A stretch of DNA of 63,446 nt, the filler included, from Phoronis australis (Eukaryota; Animalia; Phoronida), in the NCBI GenBank assembly GCA_002633005.1. It is 8 parts of 8 records of this genome, joined end to end, with 100 filler letters (N's around TTAATTAATTAA, not from the genome) between each part and the next. Parts side by side here need not be neighbours in the genome. Positions count along the whole stretch, not along the records: positions 1 to 29,262 come from NMRA01001116.1; 7 more parts are not named here. One strand, 5' to 3'. The notes beneath the pieces were generated by a model, which had not been told where the DNA came from, did no database searches, and saw only the letters and a program-made list of their open reading frames with translations. The position numbers were made by a program, and so were the translations under genes. Shown here piece by piece: positions 10,901 through 23,511 of this stretch (the stretch's first letter is position 1; every line of letters begins with the position of its first letter).

Positions 10901-13844
10901 CCGGAAAGAACAGATATAGTTTCAAAAATAGTTTTTCAAGCGAGAACACAAGAGACTTTTTAAATCAGTACAATTTTGGAAGATGTTTTATCTAGGTTGG
11001 AAACATAAATTCAAAATATTTCGATTTGCTTCCTCATACCTCACAGCACATCATGCAATTTTCGACTCGATGACCGGAAAACGTGACTACGAAAAAGTTT
11101 GGTTCCGAGAACAGAAAACCGAAAGCCCTCAGATCCAAGAAATCAAACAACTACAGCTGTTTATGTAAAATTTTCTTAAAAATAGCGATAGCGAAGCAGA
11201 GACATATTCATCTAATTTACGCCCGGGATTGAAATGAAGAGAAAGCGATCTTGAAATATCATGTGAATCAAACTTTAGGATATCTAGAACGACTGCCATA
11301 ATGTCAGAATGTCTTGCTGAAAACACCAGTGCCAAACATCCGTCAAATGCATGTCTTGTCGCCCCTGTTTAAACGGCTTTGGGTAAACCTGCAGAAACGT
11401 CAAGTGACGCTTTTTCTTTTTTGTGTAAGTGCAACTAGTCTATGCTGCACTGAAAAGGATTTGGTGAAGACGGAAATCTTGAAATTGAATCCGACCAGGA
11501 CCCCCAGCCGGATCACTCTTGCCTGTTGGGGTTCAAGTTCCGTAGGTTGCAACTACGACACTAAAAATATTGTGTACGCAGCAGAGTTGTGTTGAATGGG
11601 CGTATTTGTACAAAAGAAATATGAAAGAGTTTATATACAAAACAAGAATTCAATAATGACTGCTATCGTATGTGTATATATTAATTTCTTTCCGTTTATA
11701 TGGCATATTTTGTACAACTTGATTTCGTTACCAACCAAGGTATAAACTGTTAGCGGCTGGTTACTAGTGATAATTATTAGTGATATGTGCAAGATGAATT
11801 CACAGAAAAAATGTGTTTATTTAGAGTACTGAAAGACACAATCCCAAGCACGAATCATTAGAGATGACCAACGACAACACAGAATCTCTAAACATTCGAA
11901 CATGGCAATTTTCATCATAGTTGTTCATAGTATATTTTTAAAGTAGAGATTAAAACCTAATAAGGAACGAGTTATTGTTTTATTCAAAACTAATTCTAAA
12001 AAATTGCACTTATTCAAAAGAAATGGTAAAACAATCTCTTTTGTGTTGATGTTTGTTATTTCCGCTGGAAGCACAGTGTATGATGGTCGGTTGTTTGTAT
12101 TATTACTAACGTACATGTAACTGGGAGATTGTAATAGTGTTGTTCTGCACGTGTTTTCTCGAAGTGGTCGATATTCTTGGATGAATTCTTTGTTGTGAAA
12201 GTATATAGGGAGCATTATGTTTTTATTTTATAGAAACACTTTAAGCAAGATAATGTAAATGTATCCTTGTGTGGAGTTTTACAAATTGGGAGAGTAGAAT
12301 TGTTTAGATCTCGTAAGGCTTCTTTGTAACATGTTTAACTCTGTGTAAACTTCGAATGAACAAACAATTATCCCATATGTAATTGGAGATAGAATGGGTG
12401 ACTAAACATGTTCAGTTGAAACTAGGCCTTTAAATTTAGTTTGTGCCAAAGCGTTCTTTTTTGTTTCGATGAGGATAAAAAGCATATCGGTACCTTTTCT
12501 TTACTAAATTCTGTTTTGTTATTCATAACGTGTACAATGTCCCTGCAAACTTGAGATATCACATTCACAATATGCGGCAAATAACACTGTAGGCGGTGCA
12601 TTTTCTCAGCTGGGCCCACCTATAAAGAACTGTCAACACCGCCACTGTGGAAGCCCCTTCCACACGGTGCGCCATGAGGTAGTAGGACGTAGGCTCACGT
12701 TTACGCAGTGCACCACGCGTTTCCTTTTAATTCGGCTCAAACTCAGCTTAATCTTGAAACGCTGGTTTATACACAGGTTTACACTGTGCAGTGACCCGTT
12801 TCGTCACACAACTAAGGAAACATATAAAAAAGTTGGCAAACTAAGATTAAGAACTATGGTTTTAACTGCAATCATTATGAGGTTTAACTATGTGTAGAGG
12901 GTACTACTGTCTTTTGTTGATTACCATGCTCTATATTTAGATTATTTATGCTATGATTTTTGGGAGAGTTCATTCGTGCGGCAGAAAATGACACATCTGT
13001 TTAGCTTGTTTGCTTGCAGTACCTGGCGAAAACTCGCAATGTCTTGAATGCTATCGCTCTTCTAGCAAGAAACTATGTCTACGGAGTGAACGCAAGGACT
13101 CCAATGTCGGCCAAGTGTCTCGCGGGTCAACAGTATAAATTGATGAGTTGTAACTGCATCGTTTCAGTAATGGATTTTTTTCTCGTTCTTATTTCAATTC
13201 AGCTATTTAGTTGGCCTTAATATTCAGTTCATAAGCAAACATTGAATTGTGTAGCTGTTGGCAATTGTTCACGAAAACATTTAAAACTTTCGTATAATTA
13301 CGACGACGCTGAGGCGAACGAGTAACAAGCATCTCATTTAAAAACAAATTGAAAGCGAACGTGTATGTGAAAAAATAATCGATATTAAAATGAATGGTTG
13401 TCTTTGTTGTCATTAATTTTTCAGTAATTTCATTCGAAAGTTGTGCTTAAGCTTTTGATCCTTTAGATACCCAATACAAATTACGCATGTTGACAACTGA
13501 CCAGCGTTCGAAATACACTCTCACCCATTGGCCCAGATTTGCGGCGCTATGTGGATGTGATCTCATATTCAGCTCACTGACCCGGGGGCCAGCACATTCA
13601 CTTGCTGACGGAAGCTCGAACTCTCGAACTGACTGATTTCTCGTTATGACTATATGAATATTACAGAATCTCTAGGGCATAATCTTAAAAACCATTATAA
13701 GAAAGATGTTGCACTCAAAAAGTAGCCGACTCGCTCAGAGTTAGTTTACAGAGTATTTTAACGAACAGAGCGCAGTAAAGAATTCAGCCCGTCTCAAATC
13801 AAAGCCAAGCCTAAAGGAGATCTTTAGGTATTGATTCTCAGCTA

Positions 13845-14120
13845 TAGCATGAAAAAAGTGTCATCTTTAGTAAACTTCTCAGTTACAGACTTTATAAATA
13901 TGATCTTATAATGGAAGAGTATGTTCAGTGTTAAGACACTAATTGCATTTATCTGCTGTTGCTATATTTAGATCTGTAAACCATTCAGTGAAAATCGAAT
14001 GTGAGAGAAACCCAAGCGAAGACCGTTTGTGTACAGCATGTTCTACAAGAGTAGTTGAAGAATGAAATTCATTTTTACTCGACTGTCCTGCATACGCTGG
14101 TTTGAGAGCAAAGTACGGTA
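13845..14120 (+). mobile_element. 3' fragment of a non-LTR retrotransposon ORF2 (C-terminal CCHC zinc-knuckle region)
   Basis: Degenerate translation AIFRSVNHSVKIECERNPSEDRLCTACSTRVVE...FLLDCPAYAGLRAKY matches the FR-x-NH-x-IE...R-x-C-x2-C...E-x-H-x-LL-x-CP-x-Y-x2-LR pattern of LINE ORF2 C-termini. Confidence 0.6.
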
Positions 14121-14238
14121 TTTTTCTAGGCTTGTAAATAAGGAAAAGTTTCGTAACTATGTCTGTACGTAAGGTTTGGAAATTAGCCAGTTATCTATCG
14201 TTTTCGAAAAAGACGTACACCCTGATGTATTATTTTTA

Positions 14239-16267
14239 TGGTTGTACCTGATGATAACGCGCCATATTCGGGCTGTGAATAATTTACACAAGGGACGGTG
14301 GCATTAGCATTGTCAATAAAGTTATATATGAAAAATGTTAATCAAAGACAACTCACAAATATGTAATGGCAATTTTAATAACGGATTCCATTAATTTTGT
14401 GTGTTGTCTGCACTGCGCATACCAGCCGAGATTATCTTTACATACTTAGACTGACATACAAAATTCGATTGTTTTCAATCAATCTATAAAGAGCGTGAAT
14501 AAAAAGTTTTTCTTTAATTTAGTGGAGTGACTTCATGTGCAAGGATACAACACTGTTATTGAAATCAAAATAATTTTTTTCGGTTTCAGTTTCAATGTTC
14601 ACGTGAACGACTAACTATAGTCGAGAAGAATCACTTTCCGATATCAGCCTCAGCTCGGAATCCAACTTAACAAATTTTTACGTCGCAAGGAAACGTTTTG
14701 TTACCTGCGCTGTATACCAGCATCAGTATGTGGGGTGTATTTCAAGCGTACTTTCACTGGTGAAATCACAGAACTTGATTTCAGCGTATGCCTGGCAAAT
14801 AACGGCGGTAATTGGAGATTTGTAGTAAAATCGCACAACACAACGAATAGTTTGGGGTTGTTTAGCTCTGTTAAATGCTTGTAAGTTCAAACATTTTATT
14901 CCACTCAATCCCAAGCTGGCGTTTCTTGGTCGTGAAAATGATAATGTCCCTTTAACCAATATATTTTGTTTCGGCGGTAATGAAAATCTCAAGTATGCAA
15001 TAATACTGATTATAAGAGCCGACAATTTCAATTAAAACGAGCACTTAGTAATTGCAGTTTAATCCACAAATGCACCGTTTAATCAATAGTCAATAATTCC
15101 AATTAGAATACCAAAAACTAGCAATCTTGATATGTTGAATTAATACGGACTATTTTAAGTTAGAAAAATGTTAATTGCACACTTGAGAACACTAATATCA
15201 CAGTTATTTTAAATTGTGGAAATATGATTATGTTATTGACGTCGTGAATATAATTTTGGTATTGAAAATAGAGAACAGCGCACAATCTTTTGTGGTTGAA
15301 CTCGATGATAACGCGCCATCTTCGGGCTGTGAATAAAAACAAAGGATGGTGGTCTTTTCAATAAAGAAATATTGCGTAATATCAAACGATTTTTTTCTCT
15401 GAAAATGCTAAACAACTCGCACATATGTGATGGCCATTTAAACAAAACTTCACATTAATTTTGTGTGCTGTCCACGACACCCATACCAACCGAGATTATC
15501 ACAATAAGCCTGACGTCCAAAATTCGATTGCTTTCAATCAGTCGATAAAGTGCGTGAATGAGCATTTTTTCTTTATTGATTTAATGGTGTGACTTCATGT
15601 GCAAGGATACGACACTGTTCCTGAAATCAATATAGTTCTTTTTGATTTAAGTTTATTTGATCACATGAACAACTAACGTGACAGTATAGTCAAGAACAAT
15701 CATTTTCCGAGATTAGCCCCAGCTCGGAATCGAACTTGACAAATTATTGTACCGCAGTCAGAAGATTCGTTAGCTGCGCTAAATCCCAGCATCAGTAGGC
15801 CTATGTGGGAGAGTACTTCAAGCGTACTTCACTTGGAGAAGTCACAGGAATTCTCTTCAGCTGATATGTGAAAAATAACGAAGGCAATTGAGATTTGTAA
15901 TAAAATCACGAATCAAACCGTTCAAAAATTTTATTTCACTCAATCCCAAACTTGCGTTTTTCGGCCGTGAAAATGATAACGTCCCTTTAACCAATGTATT
16001 TAGTTTTGACGATAATGAAAATATTACGTGTGCAATAATATTGATGAAGAATTTTAAGAGCGACAATTTCAAATAAAACGAGTACTAAGTAATCACTAAC
16101 GAACTTGATATATGGCACTAATACGACTATTTGAAGTCATAAAAATGTTAATTGCACGGTTGAGAACACGATGGTCGCAGTTATTTAATATTGTAGAACT
16201 ATGAAAATGTTACTGACGTCGTGAATAGAATTTTGGTATTGAAAATTGAGAACAGGGCACAATCTTT
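14239..16267. repeat. Diverged ~1.05-kb direct tandem duplication (about 14239-15292 and 15293-16267)
   Basis: Collinear shared blocks include GATGATAACGCGCCAT-TTCGGGCTGTGAATAA (14250/15304), GACTTCATGTGCAAGGATAC (~14529/~15591) and CGTGAAAATGATAA-GTCCCTTTAACCAAT (~14931/~15966). Confidence 0.85.
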
Positions 16268-16622
16268 ACAACACGTGTTTCACTCGAACACAGATGTGAG
16301 AAAGTGCGTATTAAGATGATAAAATGTCGCCGCGCACAACTACGCACAGGTAAAACAGGTTTGTAAAAAGGTAAACACGCGGACTTTATAGTATAACTAC
16401 AACGATCATTCAAATACACAAGACCTTCAGGTATAAATGTGCTCATTTTTTGTCAAAATTTTATTGGAATTTTTAGACAAAATACATCCAATAATACTTT
16501 GTCGTCTGCACACAATGTTACATACAGAGTTCAATAATTTCAAACAGTTATTTCACAAAACATTTCATCAAAACATTCTCACAAACATTTATTCAACCAG
16601 GTGATGGTACAGGTGTGTTAAA

Positions 16623-18422
16623 TTAGATATCAAGATAACTAAACTCCTTCACACCACCTCCATATTCCAGTACATACACCCGCCCTGGGCCTGATGGACA
16701 TATGGCTGTAGGCCAATAGACATCATCCTCCGTGGTGATCACGTGTGCACGTGCAGGGGTCAATAGATGGATACAGTGATTGCACCAGTCCCAGTCAGCC
16801 AGGAGAATGTTGCCGAACTGATCCACACACACACCGCGCGGCTCACAAAGTCCATCACTGAATGTGTGTATAACGGCCGGCTGTGTGGGGTCTATCACGT
16901 ACACACGTGGGGGTCTGTACTGGCTCACCACCACATGTCCAGTGTTCTCATCCACACATATATAGTGTGGTGAGAACTCACTCAGACCCAGGGAGGGGGC
17001 GTCTATTTGATGATGGACCTCACAATCAAAGTCCTTGTACAACACCCGTCCACCCTGTGTATCCGCCACTATCAGCTGGTCGGTGTGACATGTAATGTAC
17101 GCCTCACCTTTATACACACCTGGGTAGACCTTCACCAGTTGACCTCTGGCGTCATACTTCACAACACCGTGAATGTCGCGGTCGGTGATGAAGATCTCAC
17201 CAAGTCTATTACATGACACATCAAAAGGGTTCTGCAGTTGGTGCTGATAGGTGTTTAACGTGAATTTGAATGACAAGTTGTTTTTATCAAACACCTTGAC
17301 ATTGTTGTTCTCACTGTCCGTTACAACCACCACCCCATCACCCACTGCCAGTCCCCAACACCAGCCTCTCCTCTCCCCCTCAAGCCGACTGCTAAATCTC
17401 CGCTCAAGCTGAACATGTTTAACAGTCAGTTGAGAGGTCACACGGTGGACAGGTGATTTACTGGAAACTGCAACAACTGAGGCAAAATTTTCAAAAAAAT
17501 TGGATGAAATATTTTCGTCTTCCATTTTTCTCATAATATTCACAGCTACATTTGGAACTGCAATTGTCGCTGGTTGTATTTCAAAGACTGATTTTTCAAC
17601 CCGCTTCTGGATTTGATCAATATTCAAGTTTTTAAGAAGAGATTCAATCTCATTAAATTGTTGCAGTTTCTCAGCGTCATGACCCGACTCAAGAACATTA
17701 TTTACGTAATCATATACCCTAGCAAACTTCGCCCTGTTCAGTTCAGCCTCATCACAAGCAGCTTCTGCCTGTTTTCTCGCGGTCTCTACTTGTTTTTCCA
17801 ACTCAGCAATAGCTTTCTCTTCATTAACTTTGACTTGACGAGTGATCTCTTCCAGGAAATCACTGTATACACGTTTTATCTCATTCTTACAAGTTTTTTG
17901 TTGCTGGGCATAACTTTGTGCAACTTGCTGTCGTTTATCACGCAACATTTCCCAGTGCTGCGTAACATCTCGCCAAGGTTTCAACAAATCACGCATCACC
18001 TCAATGGCGTCTTTTGCAGCAACGTCTAAATCTTTCAGATCGTGTCGCTTATGACTTGAAGTTGCGCATCGTGAACATATGGCCACCTTGCACTGCTCAC
18101 AGTACATTTCCAAAAGCCGGTCTCCATGAGCTGAACAATGCATTTTATTCATGCTGTCATAATTCAAAACAATGTCACAGATACCAGCATGAAAAAAGTT
18201 ATGTTGGAAGCCAGTGGCACCTTCTCTTGGAACAGGAAATTGTTTTTTGCACAGCGGACATGGAAATTCACCACTTTGCCCCTGTTCTGTCATGTGACAG
18301 TTCAAGCAGTCTTTGCAGAATGAGTGAAGGCATGGCAAAACCCTCTGGTCACTGGATTGCTCTAAACACACGGGGCACTCTACCAGTCGACGCAGCTGGG
18401 CAACTGGATCGTTCGACGCCAT
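16623..18422 (-). CDS. Tripartite-motif (RING, B-box, coiled coil) NHL-repeat E3 ubiquitin ligase, TRIM2/3/71-like, 599 aa, single coding exon
   Basis: RING CPVC...CLHSFCKDC...CPLC; B-box CSAH...CEQCKVAICSRC...HKRH; a coiled-coil segment; NHL repeats (VVVTDSENNNVKVF, PFDVSCNRLGEIFITD, PRGVCVDQFGNILLAD). A splice acceptor (ttttctgtttgcAG, AG at 18427-18426) lies 3 nt upstream of the ATG at 18422. A minus-strand AATAAA lies at 16593-16588. Confidence 0.93.
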   Translation of the reverse strand: MASNDPVAQLRRLVECPVCLEQSSDQRVLPCLHSFCKDCLNCHMTEQGQSGEFPCPLCKKQFPVPREGATGFQHNFFHAGICDIVLNYDSMNKMHCSAHGDRLLEMYCEQCKVAICSRCATSSHKRHDLKDLDVAAKDAIEVMRDLLKPWRDVTQHWEMLRDKRQQVAQSYAQQQKTCKNEIKRVYSDFLEEITRQVKVNEEKAIAELEKQVETARKQAEAACDEAELNRAKFARVYDYVNNVLESGHDAEKLQQFNEIESLLKNLNIDQIQKRVEKSVFEIQPATIAVPNVAVNIMRKMEDENISSNFFENFASVVAVSSKSPVHRVTSQLTVKHVQLERRFSSRLEGERRGWCWGLAVGDGVVVVTDSENNNVKVFDKNNLSFKFTLNTYQHQLQNPFDVSCNRLGEIFITDRDIHGVVKYDARGQLVKVYPGVYKGEAYITCHTDQLIVADTQGGRVLYKDFDCEVHHQIDAPSLGLSEFSPHYICVDENTGHVVVSQYRPPRVYVIDPTQPAVIHTFSDGLCEPRGVCVDQFGNILLADWDWCNHCIHLLTPARAHVITTEDDVYWPTAICPSGPGRVYVLEYGGGVKEFSYLDI

Positions 18423-19144
18423 GTCCTGCAAACAGAAAATAATTATAATCACTCAAGCCATATTCAGCTTCATAACCGTGTTTTTCAATGAACTAACCTT
18501 TGATAACCGATAGACATTAAACTGGGGCTTATCATTATCAAAGGTAATTCACTTCGTCGTACATGGGACTAAAACAGTCCTAGGCAAGTTAATGCAAATT
18601 CAACGGTTTTTTAACAGAGCAAAACATGATGTTTGCATTCCTCAATATTAACATTTAACAACAACCATCATAAGGTTACATAAGACCTTACTGACATATC
18701 TGTACATTTAGCCAAATATACCTAAAACTTTGGAATTTAGCTCACAGCCAAAGTATATATTTTCTGAATGTAGAATTTACACAGAACTTAATAGTTGACA
18801 AAATACCAATCTGCCATTAAAAAGCTCAAGTAAAATTTAGAACAAATGGAAAGTACATTCAAAGCAAAACGACGAGATCCATTACAAATTTCATATGATA
18901 TAAATGCTACAAATAAATTCTCAATATCCTTGTCATAGTTTTTTTTTCTAAATTATCGTTTCCTTTATATTTCATGCAACTTTTAAGTTTTTCACAAAAA
19001 TTAGTTTTTTGATAATCCCCAATGCAAAAATGGAACATTTTAAACCAAATCCTAACAGTATTTTGTAGCATAGTGCATAACGCGTAAAATCTTTAAGCTG
19101 AATGTAACTTAGTTCAGCCACTTCTGAGGTACTATATTATATGA

Positions 19145-19381
19145 TGTTCCATGTGATATGACGTCACTGGCGCGAGCAGTTAGGCAACTGAGAACGAAGG
19201 GCCGTTCGAAAAAGTTTGATTACGCGAGTATTTATTTGTTTGAGGAAATAAAGACATGAACAACCTCCTAAGGTGTCTCTCTATGCGTAAAGGGTACTAA
19301 TCTCAACATAATCAGAGTGAGTAATAATTCGCCAAAAAGCCTCCGGCGTATATGAAGGGCCTTTGGGATGACTACCGTCTA
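19145..19381 (-). mobile_element. Degenerate terminal fragment of the foldback element family at 33358-34239
   Basis: AACCTCCTAAGGTGTCTCTCTATGCGTAAAGGGTA and ATAATTCGCCAAAAAGCCTCCGGCGTA match the right arm of that element (~34075-34180). Confidence 0.55.
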
Positions 19382-22300
19382 TACTGCGACCACTTGAGAA
19401 GTCTAGCCTAGACATAAACTTACAGGTAGCCGCAAAAGACAATTAGCTGTTTGAATAGCTGTATAAAGACAAACAACTTTACACCAAGGTTAGTTACCTT
19501 GTAGTAAGGCTTAGCAAGTGAGCAAAAAATGGTCACTGTATATTGCCGGGTACAGGGAAATAGGACAAGAAAACAACACCAAAACAAGAACTAATCATGA
19601 ACTGCAAATATCTTGACATTAGACGATGACCATCGTCTCTATCCAGATTGTCTCCCTTGACCTATGACTATGTACAGAGACGCAACACGTGAAATTATAC
19701 TTCGTTTATCAAAAGACATTGCTGTACACGAAGTGCAACTCTGAACGGAACATTCTAATCTCCAAAAACTTGACAGCATTCTACAACTTAACATTTCTAT
19801 ATCAGTACAACACCTAGACAGAGACAACGGTAACATTCTATTTCTACGCAATGTTCGCGTTCTGCAAACAATGTTCGTCAGCTGATTACAAAATAGATTT
19901 CACTGGCCTAACAGGATCACTGCAGCTTAAAAAGTATCGTGGATAACATGCTTTAAAAAGTATACAGACGTAATCTTTACAAACTTTAGATCTGTGTGTA
20001 GTGTAAAACTCACTGAAACAAGACGAGTGTAGTTTCCCGCCTAACGCTGAACAGAGAGCTCCGTCGACACGTCCGACTGCTATCAAATAGCTTCGTCGTC
20101 TGCGTTAAAAGCGTCACGTGCGACTGATAGTGTCCTGGCGATTTTCCAAATGGGTCATCAAGCAAAGCACTCGGGTTTGTCGCAACCATGCAAGGTACAC
20201 GAGATTCATTGTACCAACTACAACCACAGCAGAAATCCAAGCAAACTCGCTTGCTACATAGGCTTCTAACGCAAACAATTGCGGCCAAATTCAGAAATTA
20301 ACGGTTATGTACAACATCTCTTCAGAAATTTAGCTCCCCCGGGTCATTGCAACGCCGTCAGGTGATGCCCTCTGACGGTCGCTACGGTAAATGTACGTCT
20401 TGGAGCAACAAGATCGTTTCGTCACTAGTTCATAGTTCTCGTTTATCAATAGTCTATGGTCAGTTCACGAGTCAGCTCAAGAAAGAAAACCAATTATTAA
20501 AATCTGGAATGATCTCTTGGTATTGTCTTTCATGGTTAAAATTACAAATAGTACAATGTCGTGTTGTTCGTCAAAAAACATGCTTGGGGAAGTAATCTGA
20601 CAGCATCTCAGTAAGATACTATAATTGGAAGTGATCGCGAACAAAATAAACGCTGTGCACTTCAGATGCGTACATATTGTCGACTGGTACGAATGAAAAC
20701 GGTTTTCTTCATAGTTTCGCAGTCACCAACAGTTTTGAAGTCTTTTTAACCAGTCCGTTGGTCATTCCCCCTCTGCATGTAGTTACCAATAGTGCGACCT
20801 AAAATAAACGTCCCCTGATTGGTCGCCTCTGGCTGCTCCTGGGTGCCCCTGTACGCCGAGCCGCAAAGCGTGACGATGCCTCAGCCGAGAAAATCTCTGG
20901 AACATAACGGAAAGGACAAAATACAATATCAAAAAGAACAACAGTGGCGCAATTAGGGGGGGGGTTAGGGAGCCATGCCCCCCTCCCCCTAAAATTCTAC
21001 CTGATTCCATTTGGCAGTTCTGGGAATGTCTGGCGGAAAAAAAATCCTGGCCAGTAATCAGCCTTGCCCCTCCCAAACAACTCAAAATACTAAATCCGCC
21101 GCAAAATATCCACAAGTTCGGATACGCAACAATGTGTGAAACAGCTGTTTCATGATCAAGTTATTGTTACTTTCTCAAATTTACAAAACACAACTTCCAG
21201 TGATTATCTTGCCTCAAACTGTCATTGATAAGCTAAAACAGATACATATATGTAGGGCCCACTCGTCAAAGTCACAGGCAAACCTCAGAAATCTTAAACT
21301 TGAATGACAGTGAAATATAATTGGCGTATCACTGGTCATGTTCATCACTTTTTTCATTACTTTCATATCCCCTGGCTGCTTATAGCAAGGGTTTTCAGCG
21401 CTCGTGTGCAATGCAGACCTCGGTTTGTCTGTTTTTCTAATAGGAGCACAGTCCCAGAAATCCCTTTGACACTATATCCGCGTTCTCATTCACTGCCTTG
21501 CACATATGCATTGGCGGATCTAAGATACCATAAGGGGGTCCAACATGTTGCCTCGGCAGTGGCGGATCTACCCCCGTTTTCAGCAAGGGGGCTTAGGATT
21601 CCTGCCAAGGTCGAATCCTAGGCGCGTGGCGCCGAGCGGCAGGAGGTCGGGAGGGGGGTTTCCCTTCCCGTGTAAGATTTTTTTTTGTTTTTGTAGCCAA
21701 ATAGGGAAATTTCCATGCATCCTGGTAAGTTTCTGGCACTTAACATGTCTCTGGAGTTTTTCTTAAGATAATTAAAAACCCTTCACGATTTCGTCAGATG
21801 AACTTGACACATAAGTTTCGTGAAACCATATTGTGCACATCTGGGTATGAGTCACGTCACCAGCAAAAATTTTTGTTGGAACATCTGCTTACACACACCT
21901 TTTTTAGCATACGAAAAGTCGTATACGGAAAAGTGTGGTGTGTATACAGGGGTTTAGACAATTTCCAAATATTCAAGAGCATAATTAAGGATCACCGACG
22001 GGGCGTAAAAACTTGAATATCAGATGATCGCGTAACAGCAGCCTCAAGTTGTTTAAGAACGAAGAACTGTACTATTAGTCCGGAAATAAACATGTGTTCT
22101 GTCTCGTTGCGAGAAAAACTGGCGAACGATGCTGCTCTCAACTCATAGTCTATTATTAAAAGCGACAATAAATAATTAGGGATCACTTTATTAAGCTGAA
22201 TCACGTTGACAACAATTGAAAAACGTCAAATCTATCAGGAAACAAATTATCTGAAAACAGTTTCACGAAACCAAAACATCCTGTGCACAGTGGTGAAAAG

Positions 22301-22599
22301 ATACACTGGACTAGTTTGCAGAGGGACCAGATGTACACTGAGAGTACACAAAAAGCTGACCTGGTCCGTCACGAGACCAAGAGTACACCTGTGATTATTA
22401 ACCCTATAAAAATAGTCAATCTGTCGCGGGACCAAACAGTACTGGCTGAGATAAATAGTTTTACAAAGCACACTTTGGTAAAAAAATCACAAGACTAGTC
22501 GCCGAGGGACCAGAAGGACACTGAAACTCAACATCTACACAAATCAAGCTGGCCTGGTCCGTCGCGAGACCTAAAGTGTACTATGCAAAAAATTTTGAA

Positions 22600-23287
22600 T
22601 TGAGAACTTCTCTCTAAAATTTTAATCCCCAGTGGTTACTCATACGTTAGTCCTATCCTTCTATTGTCTAGACTACTGAGGAATTTGTATATCGGATCCA
22701 ATGATTTGCTCGTCTTGGAACCATTCTACCCAGATATCTTCGATGTTTGTTCCCAACGCTTGCACTCCGTCAACTGCTGTGTCAATGAGCTTGTAAGCCT
22801 GTGCAATGTCAGCATCTCGTTTCGCAGCTCAGTTGACACTAAGACCCTTGAGGTTGCCAAGTCCATTCAAAAGACTTACATGCGCAACTAAATGTGATCC
22901 GTTCATCATGGACTACTTCAAACCTTGACGAAGCATCCCAGGACCTATTTGCATCTCTTGCAATTTTCGAAATAAACGTACATGTACCAATGTCTGAACG
23001 CTTGAAACCCGAAGTACTAATATCAAATAAATGCCCATGGGCATGAGCGTTTCATCGGGTGAGCCTTTCTGTGGAAATTCCCAGTATAGAAGACGGCAGT
23101 GTGCTTATTGCAGGCAGACAGACGGTAGGTGTTGAGGTCGGAACTAGGGCTCCTTAGGAGGCCTATTGAACATCGCACGAGTCCCGCAAGACTTTGTTGT
23201 GAAAGAACAGCCTGCCCGCAATTTCTGGCACTGTACACTTTTCGCAAATGCGGTCACTTTCTCAATGTGAGTGCCCCCTTGGTCATT
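22600..23287 (-). pseudogene. hAT transposase remnant (ZMYM1/THAP12-type middle region)
   Basis: Degenerate translation TR*NAH (TRW motif), ISKIARDANRSWDASSR, and LKGLSVN*AAKRDADIAQAYKLIDTAVDGVQALGTNIEDIWVEWF...IQIPQ*SRQ*KDRTNV, with multiple stops and frameshifts. Confidence 0.65.
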
Positions 23288-23511
23288 NNNNNNNNNNNNN
23301 NNNNNNNNNNNNNNNNNNNNNNNNNNNNNNNNNNNNNNNNNNNNNNNNNNNNNNNNNNNNNNNNNNNNNNNNNNNNNNNNNNNNNNNNNNNNNNNNNNNN
23401 NNNNNNNNNNNNNNNNNNNNNNNNNNNNNNNNNNNNNNNNNNNNNNNNNNNNNNNNNNNNNNNNNNNNNNNNNNNNNNNNNNNNNNNNNNNNNNNNNNNN
23501 NNNNNNNNNNN
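23288..23511. other. Assembly gap (224 N, no linker)
   Basis: Pure N run, bridged by the TIR/TSD pairs of two elements. Confidence 0.98.

Noticed and set aside
12675-12696. let-7-like sequence TGAGGTAGTAGG
   Set aside because: Only the first 12 nt match, the 3' half diverges, and there is no complementary arm within pre-miRNA distance.
16767-18442. Plus-strand ORFs overlapping the TRIM gene, and the similar antisense ORFs within 243-1859 and 42457-42687
   Set aside because: They are antisense shadows of real coding sequence with no independent domain signal.
18423-18452. N-terminal extension MIIIIFCLQD of the TRIM ORF
   Set aside because: Most of it is the polypyrimidine tract and AG of an intron acceptor; the ATG at 18422 is the plausible start.
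20790-20880. hAT DUF4371-like motif (LCGSAYRGTQE...NQGTF) on the minus strand
   Set aside because: It is short, lies outside the defined TIRs and is out of domain order with the neighbouring remnants, so it is insufficient for a feature call.
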